A DNA stretch of 64,000 nt. It comes from Veleropilina oligotropha (taxonomy: Eukaryota). The notes below the pieces were generated by a model, which saw nothing but the letters and a program-made list of their open reading frames with translations, did no database searches and was not told the origin of the DNA. The first letter of the stretch is position 1, and each line of letters begins with the position of its first letter. Position numbers and translations under genes: made by a program. The DNA lies in contig JBEUKZ010000034.1 of NCBI GenBank assembly GCA_048128005.1, positions 62,001 through 126,000 on the forward strand, read 5' to 3'. Positions 1-12,455 of this stretch are shown in pieces.

Positions 1-519
1 TTGTAGTGAAACTTTTGCTATAATAGAATCGCAGTTATCTTTCCATGTTGCTGAGTTATTAAATATTAACCCAAGATGCTTATGCGTGTCTACTAGCGCA
101 ATTGGGGTGCCGTCCATAACTGGTCTGGGAACAATGGCTTTTTTGGAACGTGTAATAAATAAACATTCAGTCTTAAGTGGGTTAAACTTAACCAACCACT
201 TTTCAGCCCATCGATGGATAGTTTCCAGATCATCATTTATCATAGGAGATATATCTGAATCTGGAGGATGGACAAAAATTAACGATGTATCATCGGCAAA
301 TAATCGTACATCTGATTTGACGTTTACATAAATATCATTGATAAAGATGAGGAACAATAATGGTCCCAGGACTGATCCTTGTGGTACCCCGGCATTTGTG
401 AACCCCCATTGCGACATACTATTATTAATAACAACTCTTTGTCTGCGACCTCTTAAATAGTCCCTAAACCAATCTAATAAATGGCCAGTAATTCCAAATT
501 CTTTAAGTTTCGTCAATAT
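1..519 (-). mobile_element. CR1/L2-group LINE reverse transcriptase fragment (continues off the window edge)
   Basis: Manual minus-strand translation gives KLKEFGITGHLLDWFRDYLRGRRQRVVI...GVPQGSVLGPLLFLIFINDI...RLFADDTSL...KHLGLIF, which are canonical non-LTR RT motifs. Confidence 0.9.
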
Positions 520-1790
520 TCACACGTATACGTGAGGAATATTGAATATGAATGTGAATTATGTCGAATAAGTATGAATATTCATGCGTGAATTCACAAA
601 TAGTAAGTAGGAATATAATCGTTCGATATAAAATAGTAACTCTGCTGGTATGATTACACTATTGATTTACAATGACATTATGCATTATTAAGTATAATAT
701 TGTAACTTGAATTACGTGTATCCTATATTTCGATGATTTTATTGCTTGTCTGTTTATTAATGTATTTGTAAAATTGATATATTTTATAAAGTAAAACAAA
801 TGACTATACAAATCTTTTAGTTGCAATAATGAATCTCTGTACGGTACTGAATATCTCCAAATTGATAGTATATGTTAGCACAGGGCTACCGTGCAAGAGA
901 CTATCAATTCTAAACATATGTGGTAATATGTTTATAGTGCGCTGTCGAATATGATGATACATGGTGCATTCTAAGAGATAATGTTTTGCTGTTTCAACTT
1001 GCCCACATAAACATAAATCAGTTGGGGACACATGGTTTCGAAATAGATCATAATTTATCGAGCTACAACCAAGGCGCAGTCTTGTGTGATGAACTTGAGC
1101 TAGTCTGTCCCCCAATAAATAATATTGTGGTGGTGTTACGGCGTTTGTATTTAAATACGAGATCAGGGATTGGAGGGAGCAATTTGTCTTAATATTTTCG
1201 GGGAGAAGGTTCCACTCGCTGGCTGTTTTAGTAATGAAAGAGTTAAAATATAGATTTGTTTTCGACGATGGTAGTTCTATGTTAGAGCGGTTCCGAAGAT
1301 TCCTATCACTACAATCTTTAGTTATGGGTGGAACTAATATTTGGGAGTAGAGTGGGGTAATTTTGTTGACCATTTATTCGATGTTTATAACGTCGATATG
1401 ATAGACTCTCCCATTTTGTCTCTTCCGCAAGTCTTGCAGAAGAGCATGATTTAGTTGGTTACAATTCGACTTGCCTCTGTTTGAATTTTTTCTATTTCAT
1501 CTTTTTCGTAACCGGTTCAATTTTCCCATACTATATCTGCGTATTCCAAAATTGGCCTAATAAAAGAAAAATACATTGTTTGCAGAGATCGTCTGTCTAG
1601 CCTATATTTTAAATTTCGCAAGATACTGATTCTTTTCCACGCTTTGGATGTAATTTCATCGATATGTGAGTGCCATACAAGATTAGTATTAAAGCTTAAA
1701 TCTAAATGTTTATGACAATTGACTGATTTTACGATAGTATTATTCATGACAATAATTATTAGGATGATGTTGTGTGAAAGTTTTCCTTGT

Positions 1791-1930
1791 TAGGAGTTCA
1801 AGTTATGAATCACAGATGTCCGCGTCTGGCCGAAGAGGGCGCGTTTACCCGGGCGACCGAGGTTTCCTCCCACGATAACACGGACATGTCCTGCCTTGAA
1901 CCTCGATGTTGTAAATATACAGGACATTAA
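1791..1930 (+). mobile_element. 5'-truncated SINE, same family as 25505-25768
   Basis: Matches the reverse complement of 25520-25655 (GGTTTCCTCCC..GATAACACGGACATGTCC...AAATATACAGGACATTAA). Confidence 0.8.
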
Positions 1931-2187
1931 AAATCACTCTAATCTCCTTCCCGTCGTCCACAGCCTTACTAAAAGTATTATATATATCCATAAGCTGTAT
2001 AACTGTGGAATCTTTGGGCGTGAAACCAGAGTGGTGCGATGTAATAATATCATTAGCAATGATGTAATTGTGCATGTATTTGAATATGAAGCGTTCGAAT
2101 ATTTTATCAACACATCTTAATAATGATATTGGTCTATAGTTTGATACTTCTGTTTTGTCCCCCTTTGTGTGCACATGCGTGACATTT

Positions 2188-3738
2188 AAGCTTACTAACT
2201 GTCAGTAAAGCTCCAGGTCCTGACAACATATATCCCAAATTGCTAAAATACGGTAAGGATGAATTAGCAAAGCCATTAGCCCTGATATTCAATAAAACTC
2301 TACAGGAAGGCCGCTTGCATGATGACTGGAAAACTGGAAATATTACCCCAATCTTTAACAAGGGTAGTCGATCAAATACCCAAAATTACCGACCTATTAG
2401 TCTGACATCAATAGTAGGTAAAATAAGGATTCTATCTTAAAGGATGCTATTTTAAAACACATAAATAAATTTAGCCTTCTGAACCTTAGTCAGCATGGGT
2501 TTATGGAGAAATAATCTTGTTTAACAAAGTTGCTGGAATTTTTTGAAGATGTAACAAGTGCAATTGACACGGGAAAACCAGTTGATATTATATATCTTGA
2601 TTTTCAGAAAGCATTCGATAAAGTACCACATAGACGACTATTACAAAAATTAAGTAGCCATGGCATTAAAGACCTAATACTAAATTGGATATGTAAGTGG
2701 CTTGAAAATAGAAAACAGAGGGTTGTAATAAATGGGATAAAGTCAAAGTGGGAACCGGTACTAAGTGGAGTCCCACAAGGTTCTGTTTTGGGACCACTGT
2801 TGATTCTCATATATTTAAATGATATGGATGACGTCATTACATCTCTACTAAAAACGTTTGCAGATGATACCAAACTGTACAGAATAATCGAAACTGAAGA
2901 AGATGCAAATAAACTTCGAAGTGCCTTAAATAATGTGATAAAATGGTCCGAGGATCGGCAAATGCTTTTCACCACCAGTAAATGTAAAGTAATGCATGTG
3001 GGTTATAACAACAATATATATAATTATGAAATGGGTTCAGAAACTTTACAAGAAGTGGCCAAAGAAAAAGATGTGAGTGTATGGGTAGACAAGACATTCA
3101 AACCATCAAATCAATGTGCAGAGTCAGCCAAAAAGGGAAATCAAATATTGGGAATGATAAAGAGAAACTTTAAATCTAAATCTAAAGCCATCATAACTCG
3201 CCTATACAAGCAAATGGTTAGACCGCATTTAGAATATGCAGTGCAAGCATGGTGTCCATATCTTGCAAAGGATATCAATATTCTAGAACAAGTTCAAAGA
3301 AGAGCCACAAAATTGATAGGCGAATTAAGGGAATTGCCATATGAGGACAGACTAAGAGCACTGAACCTCGCAACATTATCTTTGAGAAGGATAAGAGGTG
3401 ATATGATTCAGGTGTTTAAAATGTTTACAGGAAAATACAACGTTGACAATAGTTTCTTTTTTCAGATGAACAAAAGACATACCAGGGGGCATCAATACAA
3501 GATTTACAAAAAGCGATTCCTACTTGACATTAGAAAACACTTTTTCTCAAATCGAGTTGTCGATAAATGGAATGCTCTTCCTAATAATGTAGTGGAATCG
3601 ACATTTGTAAACCAATTTAAAAATCGCCTAGATGGGCATTTTAAGAAGCAGTGCATGTTATAGAGGACAAGACAACTTCAACGGGTTTTTATATGAGTTA
3701 CAGTAATGTGCTTTCAAAACCCAAACAAATTCTATTTA
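2188..3738 (+). mobile_element. 5'-truncated CR1 LINE (RT and 3' end) inserted antisense into the older LINE
   Basis: ORFs 2240-2440 and 2530-3663 contain NYRPISLTS, YLDFQKAFDKVPH, GVPQGSVLGP, FADD, RPHLEYAVQAW and the CR1 C-terminus (TRGH..K...FFSNRVV..WN.LP). The host frame ..CKTAN|VTHVHTKGDK.. rejoins across it, with ATTT on both sides. Confidence 0.92.
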
Positions 3739-4665
3739 ATTTGCTGTCTTGCATATGCTTGGAGAAATAGATACACGTAAGGAATTATTGAAAATGTTTG
3801 ATAGGTGATGAGCAATAACTGGAGACCAGTCCTTTAATATTTTGGGGCTAATAGAATCTAGACCACAAGCTTTGCTTGTATACAAGTTACATAAAACGTC
3901 TAAAACGTCGTCCTCCGATATGTAAATATTATCCAATACAGCGGTCGAGCGAGTACTGGGAGGTAGAGAAGCAGAGCTATCGTCAACTGAAAATTGTTGA
4001 AAAAAATACTGATTAAATAAGTTAGCCTTTTCAATATTTGTATTACAATGGTCGCCGTTATTAATTAAAGGGGGATATTCAGTGTTTCTATCTTGTTTTA
4101 AAAACTTTTGCGATTTTCCACCATTATTTGACGCTAACATTACCATGCTCAAGATCATCTGCTAATTTATTAAAGTATGTGAGTTTGGCACTTTTAATAG
4201 CATTAATTACTTATTTTTCGCTTTTCCCTGAACTTGGCCCATTTTGTACGATGTTGTTGAAAAATATATTGCACAATGATCACTACACGACGTGTCCAAT
4301 ACTCCTTTCTCTTGACATATTATATTATTACTAGTTAGGATGAGATCGAGTAATGTGGAAGAATTTTCAGTTATACTAGTAGCAATATTGATTAACTGGT
4401 TCAAATTATATGTGTTTATAACTGACCGGATATTTCTACTTTTTGATTGAATTAGCATATTTTCATTAAAATCACCGAGTATAATAACGTTGGGACAAAA
4501 CCGAATTGCCTGCTATATAGACAGTTCCACTAAATGCCAATCGTCAAATCTTGGATGAGTATAAAATGTACCAATTAAAATTGTATTGCGTCCTTATTTA
4601 ATTTCATCCCATAATGCTTCCAGATTTTGTAAGATTAGATTATCGTTTTTAACAAAAGGAATGTT

Positions 4666-6504
4666 GTAGGTGACTGCGAGTAAGCTCGACCAGACTCCGA
4701 ACCAATCCTCTACTCAGCAAGAAGATTGCACTAATGTTCCATTAGCCCAGCTTAGTTCACCTCTCAATACTATCCCAAATTAACCTCAAACTTCAAATGG
4801 ATCAGTAGCAATAACCACTTTGTTACCAACCGCTCAACCCAACTCTTCATCATCGGCTACGCCTATTACAAATGTGTGTAGTACATTGCTAATGGAAACT
4901 AGTGAACCAAACGCATCAAATTCATCTTCTTCGGAAAAAAACACCGAATACAACCGTAAACTGAATATCGATCAAAACCCATGTTCCTCTGCTAAATCTT
5001 GATCGCAGACTTCCACTGCGTTCCCAAAACACCTTTTCTGGCCTGGTAAAAAGAATCCAGCACAAATCCCAAGATCAAAGCGAATACCATTGCCTCATGC
5101 TGTTTCATCTAATAGATGGAAACAGCATTATAATGAACGAATGCTGGAAGCAAGAACAATTGTAGATAGAAAGGCTAAAATCAAAAAGGATAGAATCAAC
5201 AAGAGAAAAGAAAAAGGCGCAAGTATAGCAAAGAAGAAAAGAGTAAAAGAAGGTAGACCAACTTCAAAAGCACTAAATAACAAAGGGCGCAAAGTAACAG
5301 AAACCAAGACAACAAAACGAAAGAAACCAGAATCTGATTCTGATTCAAGTTTTAATGCCAGTGATTTGGAACCGTTAAATAAGCGAAAGTGGACAAAGAG
5401 GCCACGGAAAATGCCAGATTTCTTAACCTGATACGAAACTGATGACAATTTGACACCATAAATCCGTTCGCCATGTCAGAACATAATTGTCCTTTGTTGC
5501 CTAATTGAACACAATGGTTTAAAACAATGTTTTTTATGAGTTATTATTAAACAAAATCATAATTGTGCCTGATGTTTCTCTTACTCCTATGAGGGGCTGC
5601 TTCCTTAGCTTAATGGGTTAAGGCGTTGACCGAAATGCACTTGCAATGACCTCGCTGCTACGAGAGTTGTGTGCTCGAATCCCGTGCACGACAATTTCAG
5701 AGTAATCAGTCGATGTGGTTCATAACCGGCGCACGATAACATGGACATGTCCAATAAACTGAATTAAATTAACTTACTCCTTGGAAAATGTCACATCTTC
5801 ATTTTAAAGATATTTTAGCATTACATTGGTCTTTTCTCAGAGGTGTGCCCATGTATGGCAATTTCAGAGTAATCAGTCAATGTGGTTCATAACCGGCGGA
5901 GATGAGTGGGTTCCTCCCACGATAACATGGACATGGCCAATACACTGAATTCAATTAACTTAGGCTACTCCTTGAAAAAGGTCACATCTTCATTTTAAAG
6001 ATAGTTTAGCATTACATTGGTCTTTTCTCAGAGGTGTGCCCGTGTATGGCAATTTCAGAGTATGGCAATCAGTCAATGTGGTTCATAACCGGCGGAGATG
6101 AGTGGGTTTCCTCCAACGATAACATGGACATGGCCAATAAACTGAATTCAATTAACTTACTTCTTGGAAAAGGTCACATCTTCATTTTAAAGATATTTTA
6201 GCTTACATTGGTCTTTTATCAGAGGTGCGCAAAGGTGGTCGAGCATGGATAGATATATGGTCGAGATCAGAATTTACCGTGTCGACTATAAATATTTGGA
6301 AAAAAATGGATACATTTTATTAATGACCTAAATTACAGTGACAATTAAATCAATATCCAAACAGACATCAGACACATTAATTACATCCATTTGCATTATA
6401 TATAGACGTAAGAAATACGATTTTACACATTAATATGTAAATAAAATTAGCATTTATCAAAAAAATGACAGTTGACTGGTCGACAACTAGTGAACCACCC
6501 CTAC
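4666..6504 (+). mobile_element. Probable DNA transposon remnant with a Lys-rich transposase-tail-like ORF
   Basis: Interrupts the LINE endonuclease. Ends are imperfect inverted repeats (GTAGG...TCGACC / GGTCGA...CCTAC). ORF 5090-5431 is Lys/Arg-rich and resembles the post-DDE tail of pogo/Tigger-like transposases; no catalytic domain is visible. Confidence 0.45.
5592..6228 (+). mobile_element. tRNA-derived SINE whose 3' part plus flank is tandemly triplicated (~165-185 bp units)
   Basis: A-box-like TAGCTTAATGG and B-box-like GCTCGAATCCC, followed by three copies of CAATTTCAGAGT..GTGGTTCATAACCGGC..GATAACATGGACATG..GTCACATCTTCATTTTAAAGAT. Confidence 0.75.
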
Positions 6505-7144
6505 TTAAAGTACATGGCTATATATACCGCTTCCATTTCTATTCCTGTCCAATCGAATAGGATTTCGACAAGTAGGTATGGCGATATCGTCATTTGAAAC
6601 CGTATCATTTAACCATTTTTCACTGACTGTTATGATATCGAACATTCCAAGTTCTACTGTTATGATATCAATTTTGTTTAGAATGCTTTGAGCATTAATA
6701 TGACATATTGATAGATTTTGTTAAGGTATATCAGGTTATATTGGGTTCTATATCACCTGCCATTAAGAGTACAAATAGAATATAAGGTTGATTAACGTTA
6801 TCTTTTATATTATTGGAAATAATCATTGACGTTTTACATTTTACCATATGACTTACTGCATATAATATATTATCCAACACTTTGTCAGCGTTAATATATA
6901 TGTACAAGAACAGTTTTAACCCCACAGTGCCAAGGTCAAAAACCATTAAGATTATAGAAAGATATTAATCAAGTTTAGAATTTTTTGCCTTCTTGGTTTG
7001 GTAGCCCTTGCATAAAAGCAACCAACTAATGCCATGTATTCTTGTAGGCTAATTTCAATGTTTAAGGGCAGTTGTGTGTGTGACGTTAGAAATATTTTGG
7101 AGATAGAAGAACTTTATGAGTAGTAGTATTCATGTTACTAGGAA

Positions 7145-7480
7145 CCACATTGTTATGATTCTATGGGCCACATTGTTATGATTTTATAGACCACATTGTT
7201 TTTGCCATATAAGAATTTAACATTGAAATGATTTTATAGGCCATATTGGATTTGCCATATTAGAATTTAACATTGAAATGATTCTATAGGCCACATTGGT
7301 TTTGCCATATTATAATTTAACATTGAAATGATTCTATAGGCCACATTGATTTTGCCATATTAAATTTTAACATTGAAATGATTCTATGAACCACATTGAA
7401 ATGATTCTATGAGCCATATTGAAATGATTATATGGTCCACATTGAAAATGATTCTATGGGCCACATTGGATTTTGCCATG
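7145..7480. repeat. Minisatellite (GAAATGATTCTATRGGCCACATTG core, ~24-50 bp units)
   Basis: Directly visible tandem repeats. Confidence 0.9.
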
Positions 7481-10139
7481 TATGTATTTGGTGACATGGA
7501 CCAAATGGGTGGGGGTGCTATTGACGAATCAGTGTGGAGTAAGAATTACCCCGCCTAAAAAATGAATCAATCATAAACTACTTATTAATGACAATTACAA
7601 ATGAGTCATCAAAGGGTATACAAAGTGCGGATAACCTCTCAAACACCATTATACCCACGACAACCATATCTAGTACACATAGAAGATCCATACCAGTAAT
7701 CAATTATTTGGATCTACCAATATACCAGCATCGAGTCAGCTTTACATATCTACAATAGCTAAATATATTATAGATTTATCATTGATGCTTATGAATCGGT
7801 AGAAACGTAACCCCTTGGTTAATTTAAATGTCCCGCTTTATGGGTTCCATTTATAGCATATGGTAACTTAATCCGACACTGGCCAACACCGACAAGCACT
7901 GATGGTCTGTCATAATAGTAAATGACGAATGCTCTGATATTTTAACTGATTTCAACATAATTGAGTGGATTTAATATATTAGTCGACATTGTCTTTACAA
8001 CTGCATAATATTATATATTATATTAAGCATTCACCATCTCTCAATGAACACATAACTTGCCAAACCCCTCCTTTTCTCTCTCTATCCAGTGACACATATA
8101 TATGACGCTTGTATTACAATGATTTCTATATGGGTGACAGGATGTATGCTCTGGTCATTCGATATGCATGTTAAAATAACAGTTATTGGTAATGGTTATA
8201 TTGTAACTGGCTTGTTAATAAGCCATAAAACCACATTGACTTGGTGTGTCACTAGTATCTATATCTTAATAGTGTAAGCCGTTTTTGTGATTTTCCGTAT
8301 ATCCTCCAAAACCACCATCCGGATAGCCGTGATATTCGACATGGCCATGATTTGGGATGTTATGAAGAGATTCCGCCCAGTTTTATTATCAAATTATCAA
8401 CAAAACGCCTTTTAATTGCACTTTTACCCCGATACACGAACACGGTTTGCCATATAAGGAAATATAAGAATGTTTCAGAACGATGCTCCGTAAACACAAC
8501 ATCTCGGCAGCTGAAATGTGTCATTTCCAATCCAACGATGATCATTAGTTTCTTTTACACATAAGGGCTTATTGACATTCTTAACATATAATTGCAAAAT
8601 ATATGAAAAACCGATAGAATTACCGATTTCCAATGGCATATTACGAAATTTTCCATGAAAATACCGGATTCACAGGCCTGCCTCCCCACGCGTTTTATGG
8701 GCATATGTTTTGTAAAATAATGGCGATCGGTCGAAATTTGAATACCGATACGTGATTGTCCATTGTCTTGATATAATGATGATTTTGGTATTCACCAATA
8801 TACAAAGATATCATTATTGGACACCTAACACCAATATGAACATTAGCGCCAATTCCACGTTGTAAATTGGTTTCAATTGTAAATACTTGCCGAGCTCTCT
8901 TTGCCACCAGCCAGAAATGATAACAAGATGCCATATATCGTCAGTTAATGGAAGCACAGGTAATTGCTGGACATGTACACATGACTTAGCGAATGTTCTT
9001 CGATTTTCATCCCCAAAAGGTAAATATTGTTGCCCCGTGATGATAATAATATGTTAAAAGACAATAACCTGACTTAATCAGCAACTTCAAGAAATTCCCA
9101 TTTTCCAACATGCCATACAAAAAGTCCGTGTTTGATAGGGTGATGTAGTCTGATTTAACTACCCACTCTCCCATGTGTGTGTGTGTGTGTTTGTGAAGTG
9201 TATACCATTGTAGAGAATCCGAGTAGTTTCGGCCTGATTCTCCTTTGATCTTGAGTATGTTCGGTCTGAGTAGATTTGGCCTGTTTTTAAATTTAGCACG
9301 GTCGGTTTTGGCCCGTTCATAAAAATAAAAAAATATAGAGTTTAATAGAAACTTTATTATTTAAATTATGCATACAAACACGCATTTTTAGTTCTGAACA
9401 AAGCAATATAACAAAGAAATGCCATAATTAAACGATATATATGTTGACTCATTGATTATTTCTATATAACAAAATGTGGTCTTCAAAGAGATTTTGTAAT
9501 ACTCTGTAGGTAACAATCGTGACAATTTACTCTTATTAACCATTACACCCATTCCTACTACGACATACACGTACCTCGAAACTAAGTGCTCGCCCAAAAA
9601 ACCGTGGAAAGCAAGGGTATTTGCTAATTAGTATTATGACCAGTGCTACGTCCCGATATCTAACAGTTCTATAGGTTTTCAAACATATCAACATATATAA
9701 TTTGTAATAAAATATTAATGACATGTCTACCATTTTCTGAAAACACAGTGGATGTATGACACACACTTTTGAAATGATATTACATTGCTTAACAGCATGT
9801 CACCATATTATGTTTTTATTTCACGTATCGATCGCTTAGTTAACAAGACCAAGAGTACGGTGATCGCTTAGTTAACAAGACCAAGAGTACGGTGCCCAAT
9901 CATCCAATAGCAAATTACACGGGCCACACGTTCGTAACTTAAACGAAGCGTTATTAGTCATATTAATATATTTTATCAACTTAAAGTCGTAGCCTATATT
10001 TACTCATGTGTGCCCAGTATATCACAGTTGTTCATAACCACTTATTGTGGGTGTGTGAATGGTATGTGATCGGAAAAGTAACAAGAAATACAAATACATA
10101 AACTAGGGTTGCATCTGTTTTATTGTTCCAAAAATATAT

Positions 10140-11420
10140 TTATTCATCCATATTTTCGTTGCTCTCTGTTGATTCTTCACCTTCAGGGGATGACTCTGAC
10201 TGCCAATATGATTCGATTTCGGATGGACACTTTTTCAGTGCTATATTAATATAGGCGTTCGTACCATATCCCTGTTTCAAGAAGGCATCAACTTTGTCCA
10301 TGACTCGATTATGAACCCTTCCATGCCGTAATCTTTCAAAGTATAGAATAATTTGTTTATATTTATTCATAACTTGTATTAAATCTTCAAGATCTATTTT
10401 ATCATTGGCCTTTTTCTCTGCAATTTGTTGATTTAATCCATGCTTGATATATTTTTCATATTTTCCTTCGAAGAATAACATTTTGATTATGGCTTATTTT
10501 CATGAGCTCATCAAAAACTTTTGATTCTTCATTGCTTTCTTCCAACACCTCAGATGTTTCGTTTATTGGAATTCCTATGACACCAGTCTCTTATGTGATT
10601 TTGTAATTTTGAACTATTATCAAATAATGAGCCGCAATAATACATGATATCATGTTTTCTTCATCATCACTGCTGCAATAATTATCAGACATTGTTTCGA
10701 CCTGTTTTATAGATGGATTCATATTCAGTGAATGTTCGCACAATGCACTGGGTTTGGTGAGCATCGTTTTCGATACATAATTGGCTTCATCTCTCTCAAA
10801 TATATTTGGACGAATTCTATTCATTTCATCAGTGCACACTTTAAAATCTAATAGTATATAACCATATGGTATCTTCGTTACTTCGTCAAATTTTGGTACA
10901 TTTGTATTGACAAATTCATAATAGGTTTCTTATCTACTGGATTGTTGAATAATACCAGGTATTGACAATTTCTTCTCTGCATAGGGTCTTTAGAATAATA
11001 CAAGTTTTGATTAATAGCTATAACTGATAGATTTCTGTGATGACTGCCTTCTGTAAAGAGATCAGTTATACAAGGGTCTTTAGCAGACATCAAGTCATCC
11101 AGTACAATAACATTTCTGATTCTGGGATCGAGGAAGTCATCATTTGCCAACTCTTGCGGTATTCCTTGAATAAATTCAATGGAAATTCTAGCTTCGATGT
11201 CATCATAGAGCGGCTGCCATCTTTCGTATAACCAAATAATTCTCTGCGGTGCTGGGGATATGCGATCATGATGTAGTACATTTTTAACAAAGTAAGATTT
11301 TCCCGAGAATGTCGGAACCGATATAATAAGGATAAAGGGATGTTGTAGCTGAAATGGGGGTGGTTTGTGCAGTGATGATGGGCGGTAGTTGGTGGCAGCG
11401 GGTGGTGGCGTATCCTGCAT
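10140..11420 (-). pseudogene. Polinton/Maverick A32-like packaging ATPase with C-terminal Zn-finger/helical extension, copy A (frameshifted)
   Basis: FQLQHPFILIISVPTFSGKS (Walker A), NVIVLDDLM (Walker B), LFTEGSHHRNLSVIAINQNLY and RRNCQYLVLFNNP are typical Maverick ATPase motifs. Split over ORFs 10878-11420, 10591-10839 and 10140-10481. Confidence 0.85.
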
Positions 11421-11581
11421 CAGCCAGCGGTAAATTCTGTGTCTAAGGTGATGACAGGGATGGATTCTGCATCTGTGGTAATGTTATACGTGATAATGTC
11501 ATTGGTGCCTTGACATGTCATCGGTTGTAATGCCTGAGCAAGGCATCACGTCTAGACAATGATATGTTACAATCAGGACAC

Positions 11582-11806
11582 TTATGCATGATTGCTCGGA
11601 GGTCCTGCCAATAGCCATCCGGCTACAAATTTCTTTCTCTCTGGTGTGATCCGCTTCAAAACTTGTCTCAGATATCGACTTTTTCTTTTGGGGGTTATGT
11701 CAGGTGCATCATCCTTTTTTACTTTTTTCAACTGGATTTTAGGTTCGTCATTCTCGGGATTTGTCAACTGACTGTCGCTTTTTCGTTTGTGAACAACTTT
11801 TATATA
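11582..11806 (-). pseudogene. 3' half of the small Polinton-module ORF, copy A (cut by the inversion junction)
   Basis: YIKVVHKRKSDSQ...RKKFVAG matches the C-terminus of ORF 11826-12296. Confidence 0.75.
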
Positions 11807-11825
11807 AAGGAAATGCATTGGTAAC

Positions 11826-12296
11826 ATGTATTATTTTGTGATCACACCAGGTTCAATATATATCGGTGACCCAAAAGTGTGGGACCAAGCTTTCAAAGAC
11901 ATCAGATCGGGTATATTAAAACCAGAAAAACCAACAAGGAAATATAATCGAGGAATGACTGGTCAGTATCGAACTCCACCCATGATAAGAATTCCAGTTA
12001 TTTCGCCAGTGGCAGATGAGGAGGAAAGAGCAAAGGTTCACTTGGAATGGCAAAAGGAGGAAGGTTTGCCGTATATGAAAGTTGTTCAGAAAAGAAAAAG
12101 CGACAGTCAGTCGTCAAACCCCGAGAATGACGAACCTAAAGTCCAGTTGAAAAAAGTAAAAAAGGATGATGTACCTGACATAACCCCCAAAAGAAAAAGT
12201 CGCTATCTGAGACAAGTTTTGAAGAGGATCACACCAGAGAGAAAGAAATTTGTAGCCGGACGGCTATTTGCAGGACCTCTGGGCAATCATGCATAA
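11826..12296 (+). CDS. Small basic ORF upstream of the ATPase (Polinton-associated hypothetical protein), copy B
   Basis: Open for 156 aa (IYIGDPKVWDQAF...IPVISPVADEEERAKVHL, Lys/Arg-rich tail) and preceded by TATATAAAGG. Homologous to the copy at 21950-22401. Confidence 0.55.
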   Translation: MYYFVITPGSIYIGDPKVWDQAFKDIRSGILKPEKPTRKYNRGMTGQYRTPPMIRIPVISPVADEEERAKVHLEWQKEEGLPYMKVVQKRKSDSQSSNPENDEPKVQLKKVKKDDVPDITPKRKSRYLRQVLKRITPERKKFVAGRLFAGPLGNHA

Positions 12297-12455
12297 GTGT
12301 CATGATTGTAACATCATTATCTAGACGTGATGCCTTGCTCAGGCATTACAATCGAAGACATGTCACGGCACCAATGACATTATCATGTATAACATTACCG
12401 CAGATGCAGAATTCATCTCTGTCATCACCTTAGACACAGAATTTACCGTTGGCTG

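Larger units (their letters stand above)
780..7050 (-). mobile_element. Decayed CR1-group LINE ORF2 (APE-RT), fragmented by nested insertions
   Basis: Collinear minus-strand pieces: LLMAGDIEPN (~6740-6780), APE endonuclease with DLILT/CSDH (4207-4660 and 6505-6730), linker (3736-4158), KGDK..SNYRPISLL (1930-2187), HKHL...RPILEYADIVW (1517-1747), and C-terminal RLRLGCS...CLCGQVETAKHYLLEC (804-1373). Confidence 0.88.

Noticed and set aside
1..519. Displaced RT core of the 780-7050 LINE
   Set aside because: It overlaps the region already present at 1517-1790 with a different sequence, so it is a separate element.
515..600. Imperfect palindromes (AATATTCACACGTATACGTGAGGAATATT)
   Set aside because: Short and AT-rich, with no partner or TSD. 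Not interpretable.
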